64,000 nucleotides of DNA, taken from assembly GCA_036834845.1 (NCBI GenBank), contig DAITNB010000003.1:70385-134384 (forward strand), given 5' to 3'. The notes beneath the pieces are model-generated. The model worked only from the letters and a program-made list of their open reading frames with translations, had not been told where the DNA came from and did not search any database. The stretch comes from a bacterium. GTDB taxonomy: Bacteria > Bacteroidota > Ignavibacteria > Kapaibacteriales > Kapaibacteriaceae. Shown piece after piece: positions 29,701-39,415 of this stretch; position 1 is the first letter of the stretch, and each line of letters begins with the position of its first letter. Made by a program: the position numbers and the translations under genes.

Positions 29701-31089
29701 GACTCTCGGCAAAAGGTAGTGCGCTCCGGCAGCTTTACATCGGCGGCAGCATGTTTTGCCAACAAGTACGCATTTGGTTCGATTGGAGTGGCCTTCGACT
29801 ACGCCATAGAGCAATGGGGCGGCATCTATCGTTCGGATACGGCAACCACAGTGCAGGGTCCACCTATTGTTCCCGTGACAAAAACGTTGCTTACGGCCGG
29901 ACTCTACAACAATTCCAACGCGCTTAATCCGCCACCGGCCTATATACAGCTACCGTATCCCGGCTTTCAACCCCAAACACCGTGGGCTGTGAGTTATAAC
30001 AATGGTCCGGGCATATACGAGGTTACGTTTAAAGAAGGTAGCACGGAGACCATCACGTCCGAGTTCACTGTTGGCACAAACCGCGACTCAACGATCACGT
30101 TCCCGAACGTACCATATCTTACGTACGACATTAAGAACGTGTACTCGTTCGAGCGTGCAGACCCGCGCCCAGATGGAACCCTTGGGAAGGCAAGCGTTGG
30201 ATACGATTTCAACCTTGCACCACAAGTGCTCGACTACAACACAATTCCACCGGCATCAATTCCATTCTTCCCTAATCCGGAAGCAGTGAGGATTGGAAGT
30301 TACACCGGTGCATCGTTCGGTTGGCGCAACACCCGTACCGGAGACTTCCGTCAAACCTCGCTTCTTCGTCTCGCTGCGAATAAGAACAGCGGACGTCCGC
30401 TTGGACAACAAAACCGGTACTACCTCTCACGCAATTTGTCTACGGGCGGTGGAGATACATTGGACTTCATCAACCTCTTCGCCTTTGGCGGCTGTCAGTT
30501 TGCAGTAGACTTTTCCCAGATTGGTCGTATCGTGGCGGCACGCCCAATCCTTCCGGGCGCGCCAACAACAGGAAACCCCATAACACAATGGGCACGCGAA
30601 GACTTCAAGCCGGGTGATAAAGTACGCTTTATGACCTTCGGTGGTGCATTCGGCTTCCCATTCGACAGCACTAAGGCATACATCAGGGTTGCCCCCTACG
30701 ATGCCTATACGGCATCTTCAAACTCGCAGTCCTACACAGACGCACAGCTCGAACAATCGCAGGTTGTTCCCAACCCGTTCTACGTTACGCATGAAGGCAT
30801 GCAGACTCCGTTCGAAGCGAAGATCTATTTCACTCGTTTACCACGTGTGTGCAAGATCTCCATATACACCATCAACGGAGATCTGATTCAAACCATTGAC
30901 CACAACGAAACAAACGGAGTGTCGCCAGATAAACATGGCGCTGATGTGTGGAACCTATTGTCGAGCAACGGACAACGGGTGGTGAGTCAGATGCTGGTTG
31001 CCAAGATCGAAACTCCCGAAGGCGCAAGCGTGATACGCAAGTTCGCCATCGTGGTAGGCCCTGCTCGTGTTGTTGGTGACGCGGAATAA
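26761..31089 (+). CDS. 1442-aa exported protein of unknown function with a C-terminal beta-sandwich resembling a T9SS/FlgD-Ig-like sorting domain
   Basis: Signal peptide ...AAIVAASAG. Fn3-like signatures FFGYRIYRARR and YHYAVRAYDEGD. The C-terminus reads VVPNPFYVTHEG...CKISIYTINGDLIQTI...MLVAKIETPEGASVIRKFAIVVG. The ATG at 26791 is an alternative start. Confidence 0.7.
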   Translation: MKPKQNTGDYMKYRNMLLFTTLAMMCAAIVAASAGTAGTAPKKANKDSNTEDVQRTPRGVFDQQANVVSSIDFQTTNYGIFGFDVRNGRGGTFWPRGRRNQYLFAGGAWFGARKRPPGSDSLRKRVMITYNPNSGLSWMVPGAIEDGDVVNTTSEFINKYRTYFSTDFSSNDGVDFQNPTFPRWPIWDTKALDTLRVDNYFGMYVNDITSRYKTTFPKGPAFVSEEDVFCVYKDTDLNYYEGGVTKRKADGYPLGMQVEQIIYSWGFGDYADFVFLKYLFIHPEKFKDTLFDCWMAAVQDVDIALATNPIGGAQNDLARYYDEDPLLNLAVQWTNPDRGEGGQGFGYLGFNFLESPAVDAEKFLRTDKRQFPVNEQLGLRTMRNWPITEDPIENEDRYNFISSQRLDGNLGPGDRRLMMATGPFNMRPGDSARIVVGIILAGTTSGGDATGTTEDMIELIRKTRFAQFVYDNQFRAPKAPELSIIKGAPAGSSSGINSFMPIPPEGFLPLNNAIAIQWDSTAELSVDTLERGLDFFGYRIYRARRTDQDTFALDYQLNARKGPLAWKQIAQYQITSPFLKEGEPLGNTGTRMDAFQIADVIKPGQKRFLVVRSISLGPEPWGSYFAQLLNGRDSRYGLRVNRTDSTLITSGWAPGTNNTVPNFDKLDSIRFTYFTTQVETLPVVGRTGANLLLDTVAAKVAKDSLVKLIVGRRVKMDPFLFNDTDTIVGSDGSTQTIGTKRPWEETNEVRRGLIANFMRQQTNGRVFFDIGDDDRNGTVSYSTNPESSEKLINNIQYHYAVRAYDEGDYLLPTPQKLNNRAVGLPNVVAATPLAARPGNAVSFTFTTDDANLKKLGGIYNVRLLVDDPQRFNQLFAGRTLELEFFRFWNGYNPVPNSTAPGDGLYGVYFILRDSATRQDLNAWVSYLPPELCPTANVPGLPGYFSENSAVYVDTNDVMYDTVYNADGSIKRVDTTTFGLPDSRQKVVRSGSFTSAAACFANKYAFGSIGVAFDYAIEQWGGIYRSDTATTVQGPPIVPVTKTLLTAGLYNNSNALNPPPAYIQLPYPGFQPQTPWAVSYNNGPGIYEVTFKEGSTETITSEFTVGTNRDSTITFPNVPYLTYDIKNVYSFERADPRPDGTLGKASVGYDFNLAPQVLDYNTIPPASIPFFPNPEAVRIGSYTGASFGWRNTRTGDFRQTSLLRLAANKNSGRPLGQQNRYYLSRNLSTGGGDTLDFINLFAFGGCQFAVDFSQIGRIVAARPILPGAPTTGNPITQWAREDFKPGDKVRFMTFGGAFGFPFDSTKAYIRVAPYDAYTASSNSQSYTDAQLEQSQVVPNPFYVTHEGMQTPFEAKIYFTRLPRVCKISIYTINGDLIQTIDHNETNGVSPDKHGADVWNLLSSNGQRVVSQMLVAKIETPEGASVIRKFAIVVGPARVVGDAE

Positions 31090-31100
31090 GGAGGACAACA

Positions 31101-32177
31101 ATGAAGACCAATACAACAATCATGAAGAACACTCTCATTGCTGTACTCTTTGTAGCGGCCACACTTGGCGCCAAGGCGCAGGTGATATCCGTTACGGCGG
31201 GAGAATTCACAAAGGCCGGTCTTTCGGGAGGACAGTTCCTGAAGATTGGCGTAGGCGCCCGGGGTACTGGTATGGCAGGCGCGTATTCCGGCATGGCGAA
31301 TGATTTAACAGCCGTTTTCTGGAATCCTGCCGGTGTTGCCGATGTAAAGCGATATGCTGCAGACTTTAGCCACTCTTTCTGGTTTGCAGGCATGTCTCAC
31401 AGCTTCGCTGCAGTGGCAATTCCCGTTGGCGAGAAGTTCAGGTTTGCTACAAGCTTTACGCAGTTCAGCAGTGGCGACATTCGTGTTACCACTACCGATC
31501 AGCAAGATGGAACGGGTGGGATCTATAATGTAAGCGACATTGCCATTGGCTTTACTCTTGCTGGCTACCTAACCGAGCAGTTTGCTTTCGGTGCAACAGC
31601 AAAGTACGTACAGCACGCATTTACAAACATGACAGCCGGTGGTTTTGTGTTTGATGTGGGTACGCGCTACAACACCGGTTTCAACGGTTTGATGCTTGGA
31701 TTCTCGATTAACTCATTGGGTACTGCGCAGTCTTTCGACGGCGCAGAGGTAACACGCACGAACGCGCCAACCAAGGGCATCAATACCATGCCGCTCGACA
31801 TGCAAATCCAAACGTCGTCGTTCAACATGCCGCTCTCTTTCCGTGCGGGCTTGGCTGCAGATTTGTGCCAAGGTATGGTGTTCGAGCCGGAAGTAGACTC
31901 TGATGGTATTCTTCAGCACTCATGGAATGCCGCATTCGATTTTGAAACGTTCAACGATGTTCCCGAGCAGTTCGCTCTGGGTACGGAGTACACATGGCGC
32001 GAGTTTGTGAGTGTGCGCGCCGGTTATCGTTTCGGTTCCCATCAGTTTGGTCTTGCCGGTGGCGTAGGCCTAAAGTACAGCGGTGGTGGTTTCGAAGGTC
32101 AGGTTGATTATTCCATTAGCCCTTCGGTTAACCTTGGTCTGATTAACAGATTGTCTATTGCTATGCGATTTAACTGA
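31101..32177 (+). CDS. PorV/PorQ-family outer-membrane beta-barrel protein (T9SS-associated family)
   Basis: The N-terminal family block is GGQFLKIGVGARGTGMAGAYSGMANDLTAVFWNPAGVA. It has a signal peptide, 358 aa and alternating beta-strand pattern. aaggagg lies 8 nt upstream. Confidence 0.7.
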   Translation: MKTNTTIMKNTLIAVLFVAATLGAKAQVISVTAGEFTKAGLSGGQFLKIGVGARGTGMAGAYSGMANDLTAVFWNPAGVADVKRYAADFSHSFWFAGMSHSFAAVAIPVGEKFRFATSFTQFSSGDIRVTTTDQQDGTGGIYNVSDIAIGFTLAGYLTEQFAFGATAKYVQHAFTNMTAGGFVFDVGTRYNTGFNGLMLGFSINSLGTAQSFDGAEVTRTNAPTKGINTMPLDMQIQTSSFNMPLSFRAGLAADLCQGMVFEPEVDSDGILQHSWNAAFDFETFNDVPEQFALGTEYTWREFVSVRAGYRFGSHQFGLAGGVGLKYSGGGFEGQVDYSISPSVNLGLINRLSIAMRFN

Positions 32178-32205
32178 TCTACCACGTTTCGACCTCGACA
32201 ATTTG

Positions 32206-32246
32206 CAATGCCGTTGGTCGTTTTGGCCAACGGCATTGTTGTTTTT
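32206..32246 (+). terminator. intrinsic terminator after the PorV-like gene
   Basis: 12-bp stem caatgccgttgg (32206..32217) / ccaacggcattg (32227..32238), followed by ttgttttt. Confidence 0.65.
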
Positions 32247-32260
32247 GGAGTACCATACCT

Positions 32261-33682
32261 ATGGCAGGCCTATACGCAGCTCTCTCGATTCTGCTTACCC
32301 TTACACCTATGGTGGCAGATGCTGCAGATACAAAAACGCCCGAGGTAATTGTAGACATTGTGCAATTCCGCGGAGAGGGGGCACGTACACGTTGGGAGTT
32401 TCAGTATACGTTTCCCGACACAGCGTTGCGTTACGTTGCCGGTAAAGAGGGTTTCGAGGCCGACCTTCTCTGCAGTCTCGAAGTAATCTCGGAAGTTGGA
32501 GATACTACCAGAGACGAATGGATTGCCAGCGCCTCCAGCCAAACCGCCTATGTAGTGCATCAGCGGTACTACTCCGGTATTCGGTCCTTCATGCTTACAC
32601 CCGGAACCTATAAGGTAAACTTTTCGGCCATTGACGTTCACGACAAAGGCAATTCCCTACGAACATCCTTTACGTCTTCTGTCCGCTCTTTCTCGTATTC
32701 CGTGGCATCGAGTGATATCATGTTTGTTGCTCCAACGTCGGCCGGTGCTGACGAGAGATTTACTCGGAGCGGACAAGCCGCTGTTCCGAACCCCCGTCAC
32801 GAGATTATTGGAGCAGATCCATCCATCTGTTTCTATATCGAGCTTTACAATGCCAAACGCGAGAAGCTCGACACATTTGCACTAGAAGTGTCCGTACTGG
32901 ACAATGTGCGAGAAGAGGTTATAACGTCGTACATGCCAATGGTTGGTTTTTCAGACGGCATTGTTGTCCGCGAAGAACTTCCTGCGGGGGCGCTGCGCTC
33001 CGGCGTATACACGTTGCGTCTGCGGTTCCGTTCGCGCGATCTCGAGAAAGATTACGCAACGCAAGAGGAGCGGTTCTTTGTGCTAAACCCGGAACTGCCC
33101 CCTGAAGGAAGAATCTATCTCACAGAAACAGAACAGTTCCTGTCTTCGGAGTGGGCAGTTACCACCGGCGAAAGATTGGAACACGAGTTAGAACTCTCCG
33201 ACGTATTGGCAACAAACGCCGAGAAAACAGTTCGGCTGCAGTGCACAGATGAGCGTTGCAAACAGCGTTATCTCTACCGTTTTTGGCGCGACCGCGATCC
33301 GGATGGATCAACAGTTGTAAACGAGCGTCTTGAAGAGTTTCGAAAGATGTATCAGCGCGCGCAAACATTCTACTCCAGTCCGTCCTTTCGCAACGGCTGG
33401 AAGAGCGACCGCGGCATTATCCTTCTGCGGTACGGAATACCAACACAGGTAACGCAGTACATTCAAACCATAGATACAAAACCCTACGAAGAGTGGTTCT
33501 ACCAAGGAATTCAGGGTGGAGTGTATTTCTACTTTGTAGACTGGCAGTTGCAGCAGAATCACCGATTGGTGCATTCTACCATGATGGGTCAGGTGCGAGA
33601 GCCCAACTGGTTTAACCTCTACGCTAAGGCGTTCGATCCAAACCCCAACCCTATTCAGTCACTTCAGAACAACAAGCGGTAA
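32261..33682 (+). CDS. GWxTD domain-containing protein
   Basis: The C-terminal region carries SFRNGWKSDRGIILLRYGIP (GWxTD-type motif) and EEWFY. A signal peptide is present. Confidence 0.7.
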   Translation: MAGLYAALSILLTLTPMVADAADTKTPEVIVDIVQFRGEGARTRWEFQYTFPDTALRYVAGKEGFEADLLCSLEVISEVGDTTRDEWIASASSQTAYVVHQRYYSGIRSFMLTPGTYKVNFSAIDVHDKGNSLRTSFTSSVRSFSYSVASSDIMFVAPTSAGADERFTRSGQAAVPNPRHEIIGADPSICFYIELYNAKREKLDTFALEVSVLDNVREEVITSYMPMVGFSDGIVVREELPAGALRSGVYTLRLRFRSRDLEKDYATQEERFFVLNPELPPEGRIYLTETEQFLSSEWAVTTGERLEHELELSDVLATNAEKTVRLQCTDERCKQRYLYRFWRDRDPDGSTVVNERLEEFRKMYQRAQTFYSSPSFRNGWKSDRGIILLRYGIPTQVTQYIQTIDTKPYEEWFYQGIQGGVYFYFVDWQLQQNHRLVHSTMMGQVREPNWFNLYAKAFDPNPNPIQSLQNNKR

Positions 33683-34599
33683 TGTCTGTTCTCGATGCCG
33701 CAGCAGTGGGTGTTCTTCGGGCCGGGGGTGCAGCAATTCGGTTGAGTCCAACGCGGGCCTGGCAGCCAATTGGCGCACTCATGGGAAGGGGCATGATGGT
33801 TGCCTCTGCAAAACGCGTACGTATAACGCGAGAGAACATCCACACAGCACTACCAGACCTTGACGTTGCTGAACAAGAAGCAATTGTGCGGGCATCTTAT
33901 CGAAATTTGGGTATTACGCTGGCAGAACTCCTCGCAGTGCCCTCGCTAACCCGCGATGAGTTATTGGCGCGAGTAGATATCCCGGGCTTCGATGCAGTAT
34001 TGGAACGTAAGGAACGCAGACTACCCAGCATTTTTCTCTCGGCGCACTATGGTAACTGGGAATGGTTAGCCCTTGCTGCCGGAGTAAAACTTGGCGCGCC
34101 CCTTCTCATTGTTACACACCCGCAATCGAATGCCGATGCAGATCGGTTGCTAAACACGTACCGCTGCAAGTTTGGTAATACCGTAGTGCCAATGGGCAAG
34201 GCGGCACGTCCACTTGTGCGCACTCTTTCCGAGGGTGGAACCGTGGCCTTCCTCGCGGATCAGTTTGCACAGTGGGATAAGGATCCGTGGATTTCGTTTT
34301 TCGGTAGGGAAACACCAACATACGAGGCACCCGCAGCCTTAGCGCTAAAATTTAATGCGCCCATCTTCTATGCTTTTGCAGAGCGGAATTCAAATGGAAC
34401 CTACCACGCACCTATACAGCCAATTGCGATGGACCACTTGGCGTATAATCGAAGTGGAATAGAAGAACTTACGAAGCTCCACGTGCAGATACTCGAAGAA
34501 CAAGTGCGGAAACGTCCAGAGTTATGGTCGTGGCAGCATCGCCGCTGGCGAAGCGAATACACAAAGCCATCACCTCAATCTACTGCGCAGGTGTTATGA
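33682..34599 (+). CDS. lysophospholipid / lipid A biosynthesis acyltransferase (LpxL/HtrB family)
   Basis: The SAHYGNWEW active-site block is characteristic of the family. The start overlaps the GWxTD stop (TAATG). Confidence 0.7.
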   Translation: MSVLDAAAVGVLRAGGAAIRLSPTRAWQPIGALMGRGMMVASAKRVRITRENIHTALPDLDVAEQEAIVRASYRNLGITLAELLAVPSLTRDELLARVDIPGFDAVLERKERRLPSIFLSAHYGNWEWLALAAGVKLGAPLLIVTHPQSNADADRLLNTYRCKFGNTVVPMGKAARPLVRTLSEGGTVAFLADQFAQWDKDPWISFFGRETPTYEAPAALALKFNAPIFYAFAERNSNGTYHAPIQPIAMDHLAYNRSGIEELTKLHVQILEEQVRKRPELWSWQHRRWRSEYTKPSPQSTAQVL

Positions 34600-35642
34600 C
34601 CGCTCTTGTGCTGCAGACGGCGTTCCTTGGCGACGTGTACCTGAGTATCCCGCTTTGTAAGGCGCTGCGAAATCTTCCGGGTGTAGACCGTGTTGCGCTT
34701 GTTACAACACCTGCTGCCGCAGAGGCGCTGCGGAACCAAGGCGTGGCAGATGTTGTGATGGCATACGACAAACGAGGCGTGCATCGGAGTAGAGCAGCCA
34801 GGCAAGAGCTCCTATCGGAGCTGCGTGCTTTAGACATCAACATTCTTGCCGTTGTGCCACATAAGAGCTTTCGGTCTATGCTCTTTGTGCGGGCCTTAGC
34901 GCCCGAGCGGATTATAACGTTTCGCGATGCAGCGTCCAGAATTATTGCCACCGATGTTGTTCCCTATCCGCGGCACATGCACGAAATAGATCGGCAACTT
35001 GCACTGCTCGGCGCCTTGGGAGAAACGGTGCCAACAGCAGAGAGTTTTCTGCCTGTTACGCTGTATGATAACAAGGCAGCATTGGAAATGGAGAAGTACA
35101 TAACTGGTTCCAGCGGCATTGTGGTGCTTGCGCCGGGTTCTGTTTGGCCAACGAAACGCTGGCCAGATGCGTATTTCAACAACCTTGCCAAGGATCTGCG
35201 GTTGAACGGTAACACCGTAGTTATTGTTGGAGATACGTCTACCAAAAGCGAAATCGAGGGTGGCGATGCCGTGATAGATCTGCGTGGAAAGACCAGTTTG
35301 CCAGAACTGGCGGCAGTAATAGCACGCGCGAATGTTGTAGTTTCGAACGATAGTTTGCCTGTACACATCGCGTCTCTACAACAAGTGCCGGTTGTTGCCA
35401 TCTTTGGTCCAACCATTCCCGAGTTTGGTTTTTCTCCACTTGGAGAAACCTCCAAGGTTGTAGAACGCACAGATCTTCCATGCAGGCCGTGTAGCAGTCA
35501 TGGCACCATTCGGTGTCCTGTAGGAACACATAGCTGCATGCAAGGAATCTCCGTGGACACAGTATTGGCGGCTGTACACAGTATTATTCACGCTCACGAT
35601 GGGAATCGCCATGCGTCAACGCAAACCGGCACCACAACCTGA
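34596..35642 (+). CDS. glycosyltransferase family 9 (LPS heptosyltransferase-like)
   Basis: MTALVLQTAFLGDVYLSIPL..., LAPGSVWPTKRWP and SNDSLPVHIA blocks. ATGA overlap with the upstream gene. I use the internal ATG at 34596. Confidence 0.75.
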   Translation: MTALVLQTAFLGDVYLSIPLCKALRNLPGVDRVALVTTPAAAEALRNQGVADVVMAYDKRGVHRSRAARQELLSELRALDINILAVVPHKSFRSMLFVRALAPERIITFRDAASRIIATDVVPYPRHMHEIDRQLALLGALGETVPTAESFLPVTLYDNKAALEMEKYITGSSGIVVLAPGSVWPTKRWPDAYFNNLAKDLRLNGNTVVIVGDTSTKSEIEGGDAVIDLRGKTSLPELAAVIARANVVVSNDSLPVHIASLQQVPVVAIFGPTIPEFGFSPLGETSKVVERTDLPCRPCSSHGTIRCPVGTHSCMQGISVDTVLAAVHSIIHAHDGNRHASTQTGTTT

Positions 35643-36408
35643 TAAACCGCGTAGAAAAGATCGCGCAGACGATCTTCTTATAACGCCCAACGCCCCTGTT
35701 CGACTGAACAAGGCAATTGCCGATGCCGGCGTTGCCTCTCGCAGGCACGCCGATGACCTAATCCGCGAAGGTAGAGTAAAAGTAAACGGCGCTGTTGTTA
35801 CAGAGCTGGGCACCAAGATTAATGTTGGCGATATGGTTACCGTAAATGGAGAACCTATCACCCGCGCCAAGCATCTTACCTACGTAGTGCTGAATAAACC
35901 CAAAGACATTATTTCTACATCGAGCGACGAAAAGGGGCGAGCAACGGTGTTCGACATTGTTCGCATCAAGATGCGCTTGTTTACCGTGGGCCGACTCGAC
36001 AGAAACACTACGGGCGTTATCCTCTTAACGAACGATGGCGACCTAGCGAACCGCTTAATGCATCCACGATATGGAATAATGCGTGTGTATAAAGCGGTGC
36101 TAGATAAACCCCTGCGTTCGGATCATGCAAAACAAATTGCCGCGGGCATCGAACTCGAAGACGGTCCAACACAGCCATGCGATATTACCATCGACCCGTC
36201 TGACAGATGTTCGGTGATGATTGGTATTCGAGAAGGTCGGAACCGCGAAGTGCGCCGAATCTTTGAACATTTCGAGTACGATGTTCGCAGACTGGACAGA
36301 AAAGAATACGCATCGATAACAACTCGTGGACTGAAGAGAGGAGAGTACCGTCACCTTACTCGTGATGAGGTATATGAATTGCAAAGACTCACAAAGATGA
36401 ACGGATGA
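35599..36408 (+). CDS. rRNA pseudouridine synthase, RsuA/RluB family (S4 domain plus catalytic domain)
   Basis: S4-like block RLNKAIADAGVASRRHADDLIREGRVKVNG and catalytic block GRLDRNTTGVILLTNDGDLANRLMHP. The start is uncertain; the ATG at 35611 is an alternative. Confidence 0.85.
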   Translation: MGIAMRQRKPAPQPDKPRRKDRADDLLITPNAPVRLNKAIADAGVASRRHADDLIREGRVKVNGAVVTELGTKINVGDMVTVNGEPITRAKHLTYVVLNKPKDIISTSSDEKGRATVFDIVRIKMRLFTVGRLDRNTTGVILLTNDGDLANRLMHPRYGIMRVYKAVLDKPLRSDHAKQIAAGIELEDGPTQPCDITIDPSDRCSVMIGIREGRNREVRRIFEHFEYDVRRLDRKEYASITTRGLKRGEYRHLTRDEVYELQRLTKMNG

Positions 36409-38507
36409 ATTTCCTCAACCCGTTTGCGTTGATAGGTCTGGCAGCAGCGAGTATTCCCGTACTGCTGCACTTGCTTAACATGCGTCGGCTGCGCACGGTA
36501 GAGTTTTCTACTCTGCGCTTTTTGCTGCAGTTGCAGCAAACGCGAGTTCGAAGACTAAAACTTCAGCAGCTACTGCTCCTTATTCTTCGTACACTTCTTG
36601 TGCTGTTCGCTGTGCTAGCGTTGGCACGCCCAACTATACCCGGACGTTTGCCACTGCTTAGCTCGCCATCCAGATCGAGTGTTGTAATCCTTGTAGACAA
36701 CTCGTACAGCATGGAAGCGTCAGATGCCGCCGGACAAAGGCTGCGTCAGGCCATTTCTGCAGCAACGTCTATAGTAGACGGACTGCAGGACGGAGACGAG
36801 GTGGCTGTTATCCCTATGGTAGGAGCTGATGTTAACGATAGGATTGCATTTACACGAACCTTCGATGTGGCACGAGAAGACCTTGCACGCATTCGGCTTT
36901 CGGAAGGAACAGCAGAGCTGCCTCCGCTGCTTCGCAGTGCGCAGAATTTGTTTGCTGATGCTCTGCATGCCCATCACGAAGTGTATGTGATTAGTGATGC
37001 ACAGCGATCGCTCACCATGCGTGAGTATGCAGACTCGTCGCTCGCGTTTGAGTCTGATGCCAGCATCTTTCTGGTGCGTATCGGTAATGGACTTCGTGGA
37101 CTGGAACAAAACCTCTCCGTGGATTCCATTCACATTGTTACCAAGCTCCTCCAGTCAGACAAGCCCATAGAGGTAGAGGCCTCTGTGCGCAATGGTAGTG
37201 AACAAGATGCTACCGGAGTTGTTGTATCTCTAGCAATCGACGGAACGCGTGTTGCTCAGCGTGTTGCAGACCTGCCGGCAAATTCAACGCGCACGGTGCT
37301 CCTTGCTGCACCACCGCAAAAAACGGGTATTGCTACTGTTTCCGTAGAGCTCGATAACGATGCAATAGATCTCGACAACAGTAGATGGGCAGGCGTGCTT
37401 ATTCCGGAACGCGCCAAGGTGGCAATTGTGGGTGCCGCAACGGAAACAACGTTCATTCGAACTGTGTTGTCTCTTCCCGGTATGGAACGGTCTGCGCCAC
37501 TTGTGCGCACTTTTGCGTCTATTACGGAAGCATCGTCTTCGCTTCCCGAAACAGACGTACTTGTGATCTCGGGTGGCGCCCTCTCGGTAACAGACATTGG
37601 CCGGGTTCGACTCTTTGCAGAACGTGGTGGTGGTCTTCTCGTGTTTTCATCGCAGTCTGAAGGTCTCGAGTCTCTCCTTGCTGCCTGCGGTTTAACGGTT
37701 GGCAGCCTTACCGAAGCGCCCCGTGATGCCCCCTTCCAGGTAACCAGTACCGACAGAGACCACCCACTGTTTGCCGGCGTGTTTAAGCCCGATGCCGACA
37801 GAACACGCAGCGTTGAGTCGCCGAAAATTTGGAAGCTACGTCCAGCTTCCGGCGGAGTGGATATTGTGCAAACAGGTGGTGGCCCCCTTGTTACCGAAGC
37901 CGCCGTGGGTAGGGGGCGAGTGTTGTACGCCGCTGTATCGCCTTTAACAGAGTGGAGTACCTACCCACTAACCGGACTCTTTGCGGCCTTCGTGATACGA
38001 AGCGTGTTGTATTGCGCAGCACTCCGCGATGATCTTGCGCAAGCTCGTGTTGGCGAACCCCTCCGTTTGGCATTGCCGCCGCGATACGCCGGACTGGCGG
38101 CCGTGCTTGTTACTGATGTTCAAGGAGTAACAAGCAGAACAGCATGTGTACAGTTGCCGAGTGGAGCAATGGTAGACATACCACCGCAGGACCGCTCCGG
38201 GGTGGTTCGCATTCAAACTGAAGATTCCCGTCCAGTTATGGCTGTGGCAGTGAACGGTAGTAATCTTGAATCGCATCTTTCGTACTTCGAACGTGGAGAT
38301 TGGAAATCGCAAACCAACCCAATGGTGAAGGTTCCCGACCACGTAGTGGAGGTTGAAGCGGGAAGATCCATGCGCGAGGTTGTAACATCAGCACGCACAG
38401 GATCGGAACTCTGGCCATTGTTCATAGTACTTGCGCTGAGTTGCGCCGCCGCGGAGATGCTGGTAAGCAGATTTATGGCAACAGATGCGGCTCCGTTACC
38501 ATCGTAG
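36405..38507 (+). CDS. BatA-like protein: N-terminal double-transmembrane domain plus vWA domain
   Basis: MNFLNPFALIGLAAASIPVLLHLLNMRR is the aerotolerance-type N-terminus. vWA MIDAS-like block VVILVDNSYSM. A C-terminal TM segment is present. ATGA overlap with the upstream gene. Confidence 0.75.
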   Translation: MNFLNPFALIGLAAASIPVLLHLLNMRRLRTVEFSTLRFLLQLQQTRVRRLKLQQLLLLILRTLLVLFAVLALARPTIPGRLPLLSSPSRSSVVILVDNSYSMEASDAAGQRLRQAISAATSIVDGLQDGDEVAVIPMVGADVNDRIAFTRTFDVAREDLARIRLSEGTAELPPLLRSAQNLFADALHAHHEVYVISDAQRSLTMREYADSSLAFESDASIFLVRIGNGLRGLEQNLSVDSIHIVTKLLQSDKPIEVEASVRNGSEQDATGVVVSLAIDGTRVAQRVADLPANSTRTVLLAAPPQKTGIATVSVELDNDAIDLDNSRWAGVLIPERAKVAIVGAATETTFIRTVLSLPGMERSAPLVRTFASITEASSSLPETDVLVISGGALSVTDIGRVRLFAERGGGLLVFSSQSEGLESLLAACGLTVGSLTEAPRDAPFQVTSTDRDHPLFAGVFKPDADRTRSVESPKIWKLRPASGGVDIVQTGGGPLVTEAAVGRGRVLYAAVSPLTEWSTYPLTGLFAAFVIRSVLYCAALRDDLAQARVGEPLRLALPPRYAGLAAVLVTDVQGVTSRTACVQLPSGAMVDIPPQDRSGVVRIQTEDSRPVMAVAVNGSNLESHLSYFERGDWKSQTNPMVKVPDHVVEVEAGRSMREVVTSARTGSELWPLFIVLALSCAAAEMLVSRFMATDAAPLPS

Positions 38508-38518
38508 ATTTGTTTGCC

Positions 38519-39415
38519 ATGCATCTACCGTTGATACATCCCGAGATACGTGTAGCGCAAGAGCGGTATGCAGCAGCGAAGGCCGCGCTTCGAGAAGCGC
38601 TTGAGGAATGGGATAGACTATCTGTTTCCGAACGTCCTCGTCTTACAACCGCCTACGCGCAACATTTTGGTGCACTCGAGGAGGAGCTGCAAACATGCGC
38701 ACTCGAAAGTGCCGAACTGTTTCGTCGTGTTGAGCTACTCTCGATTAAGGTCTCTCGTGGAGAAACATTAACGCCGCATATTATCGAACTCGTTAACACA
38801 GTAGTAGGCAGAGAGTTCGCACGGTTCCGGAGAAGACTTACCGAGGCATTCACGAGTACCCCGCAAGAGCGCAATGCAGCCGCACTTCATCGCGAGACGG
38901 TGGAGGATGACGAAGAGCTTGTTAAGCTCTATCGAACACTTGTAAAACACATGCATCCCGATTCCGCAGGCGAGGGGATGCCGGGCACCGAACAGTGGCA
39001 TCGCATGCAGAATGCCTATCGCAATCGGAATGTTAGCCAGCTTCGATCATTGTTAACAATGCTTGGTGCGGGCGATGCAAACTCAGAGCAGACCAGTGAG
39101 TGGGATCTCGACAAGTGGCTTGAAGAAGCACAACGTCTAGAACAGAGAACGGCCATTGAGCATCGCAAACTTCACAGACTTCGAGCACAAGAGCCCTTTA
39201 CGTTTGGAGACAACCTCGATGACGAGGTGTGGAGGGAGAGCCATGCGGAATCTCTACGCCGGGCAATAGACCAGAAGAAACGCGAGATCGAGGAGAACCG
39301 CGCACATTACCGAGAGCTCACCGGCGGGGAACTACCCCCCGCGGAGGTGAAGCAGGCCAACGGAGAAACCTTTGAGCAAGATTTTATGAACAATACGTAC
39401 TTCGGGAATCGCTGA
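38519..39415 (+). CDS. J-domain-like protein (HPD motif) with coiled-coil flanks
   Basis: LVKLYRTLVKHMHPDSAGEG...WHRMQNAYRNRNVSQL resembles J-domain helices II-III with HPD. There is no Zn-finger or G/F region. I use the internal ATG at 38519. Confidence 0.55.
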   Translation: MHLPLIHPEIRVAQERYAAAKAALREALEEWDRLSVSERPRLTTAYAQHFGALEEELQTCALESAELFRRVELLSIKVSRGETLTPHIIELVNTVVGREFARFRRRLTEAFTSTPQERNAAALHRETVEDDEELVKLYRTLVKHMHPDSAGEGMPGTEQWHRMQNAYRNRNVSQLRSLLTMLGAGDANSEQTSEWDLDKWLEEAQRLEQRTAIEHRKLHRLRAQEPFTFGDNLDDEVWRESHAESLRRAIDQKKREIEENRAHYRELTGGELPPAEVKQANGETFEQDFMNNTYFGNR

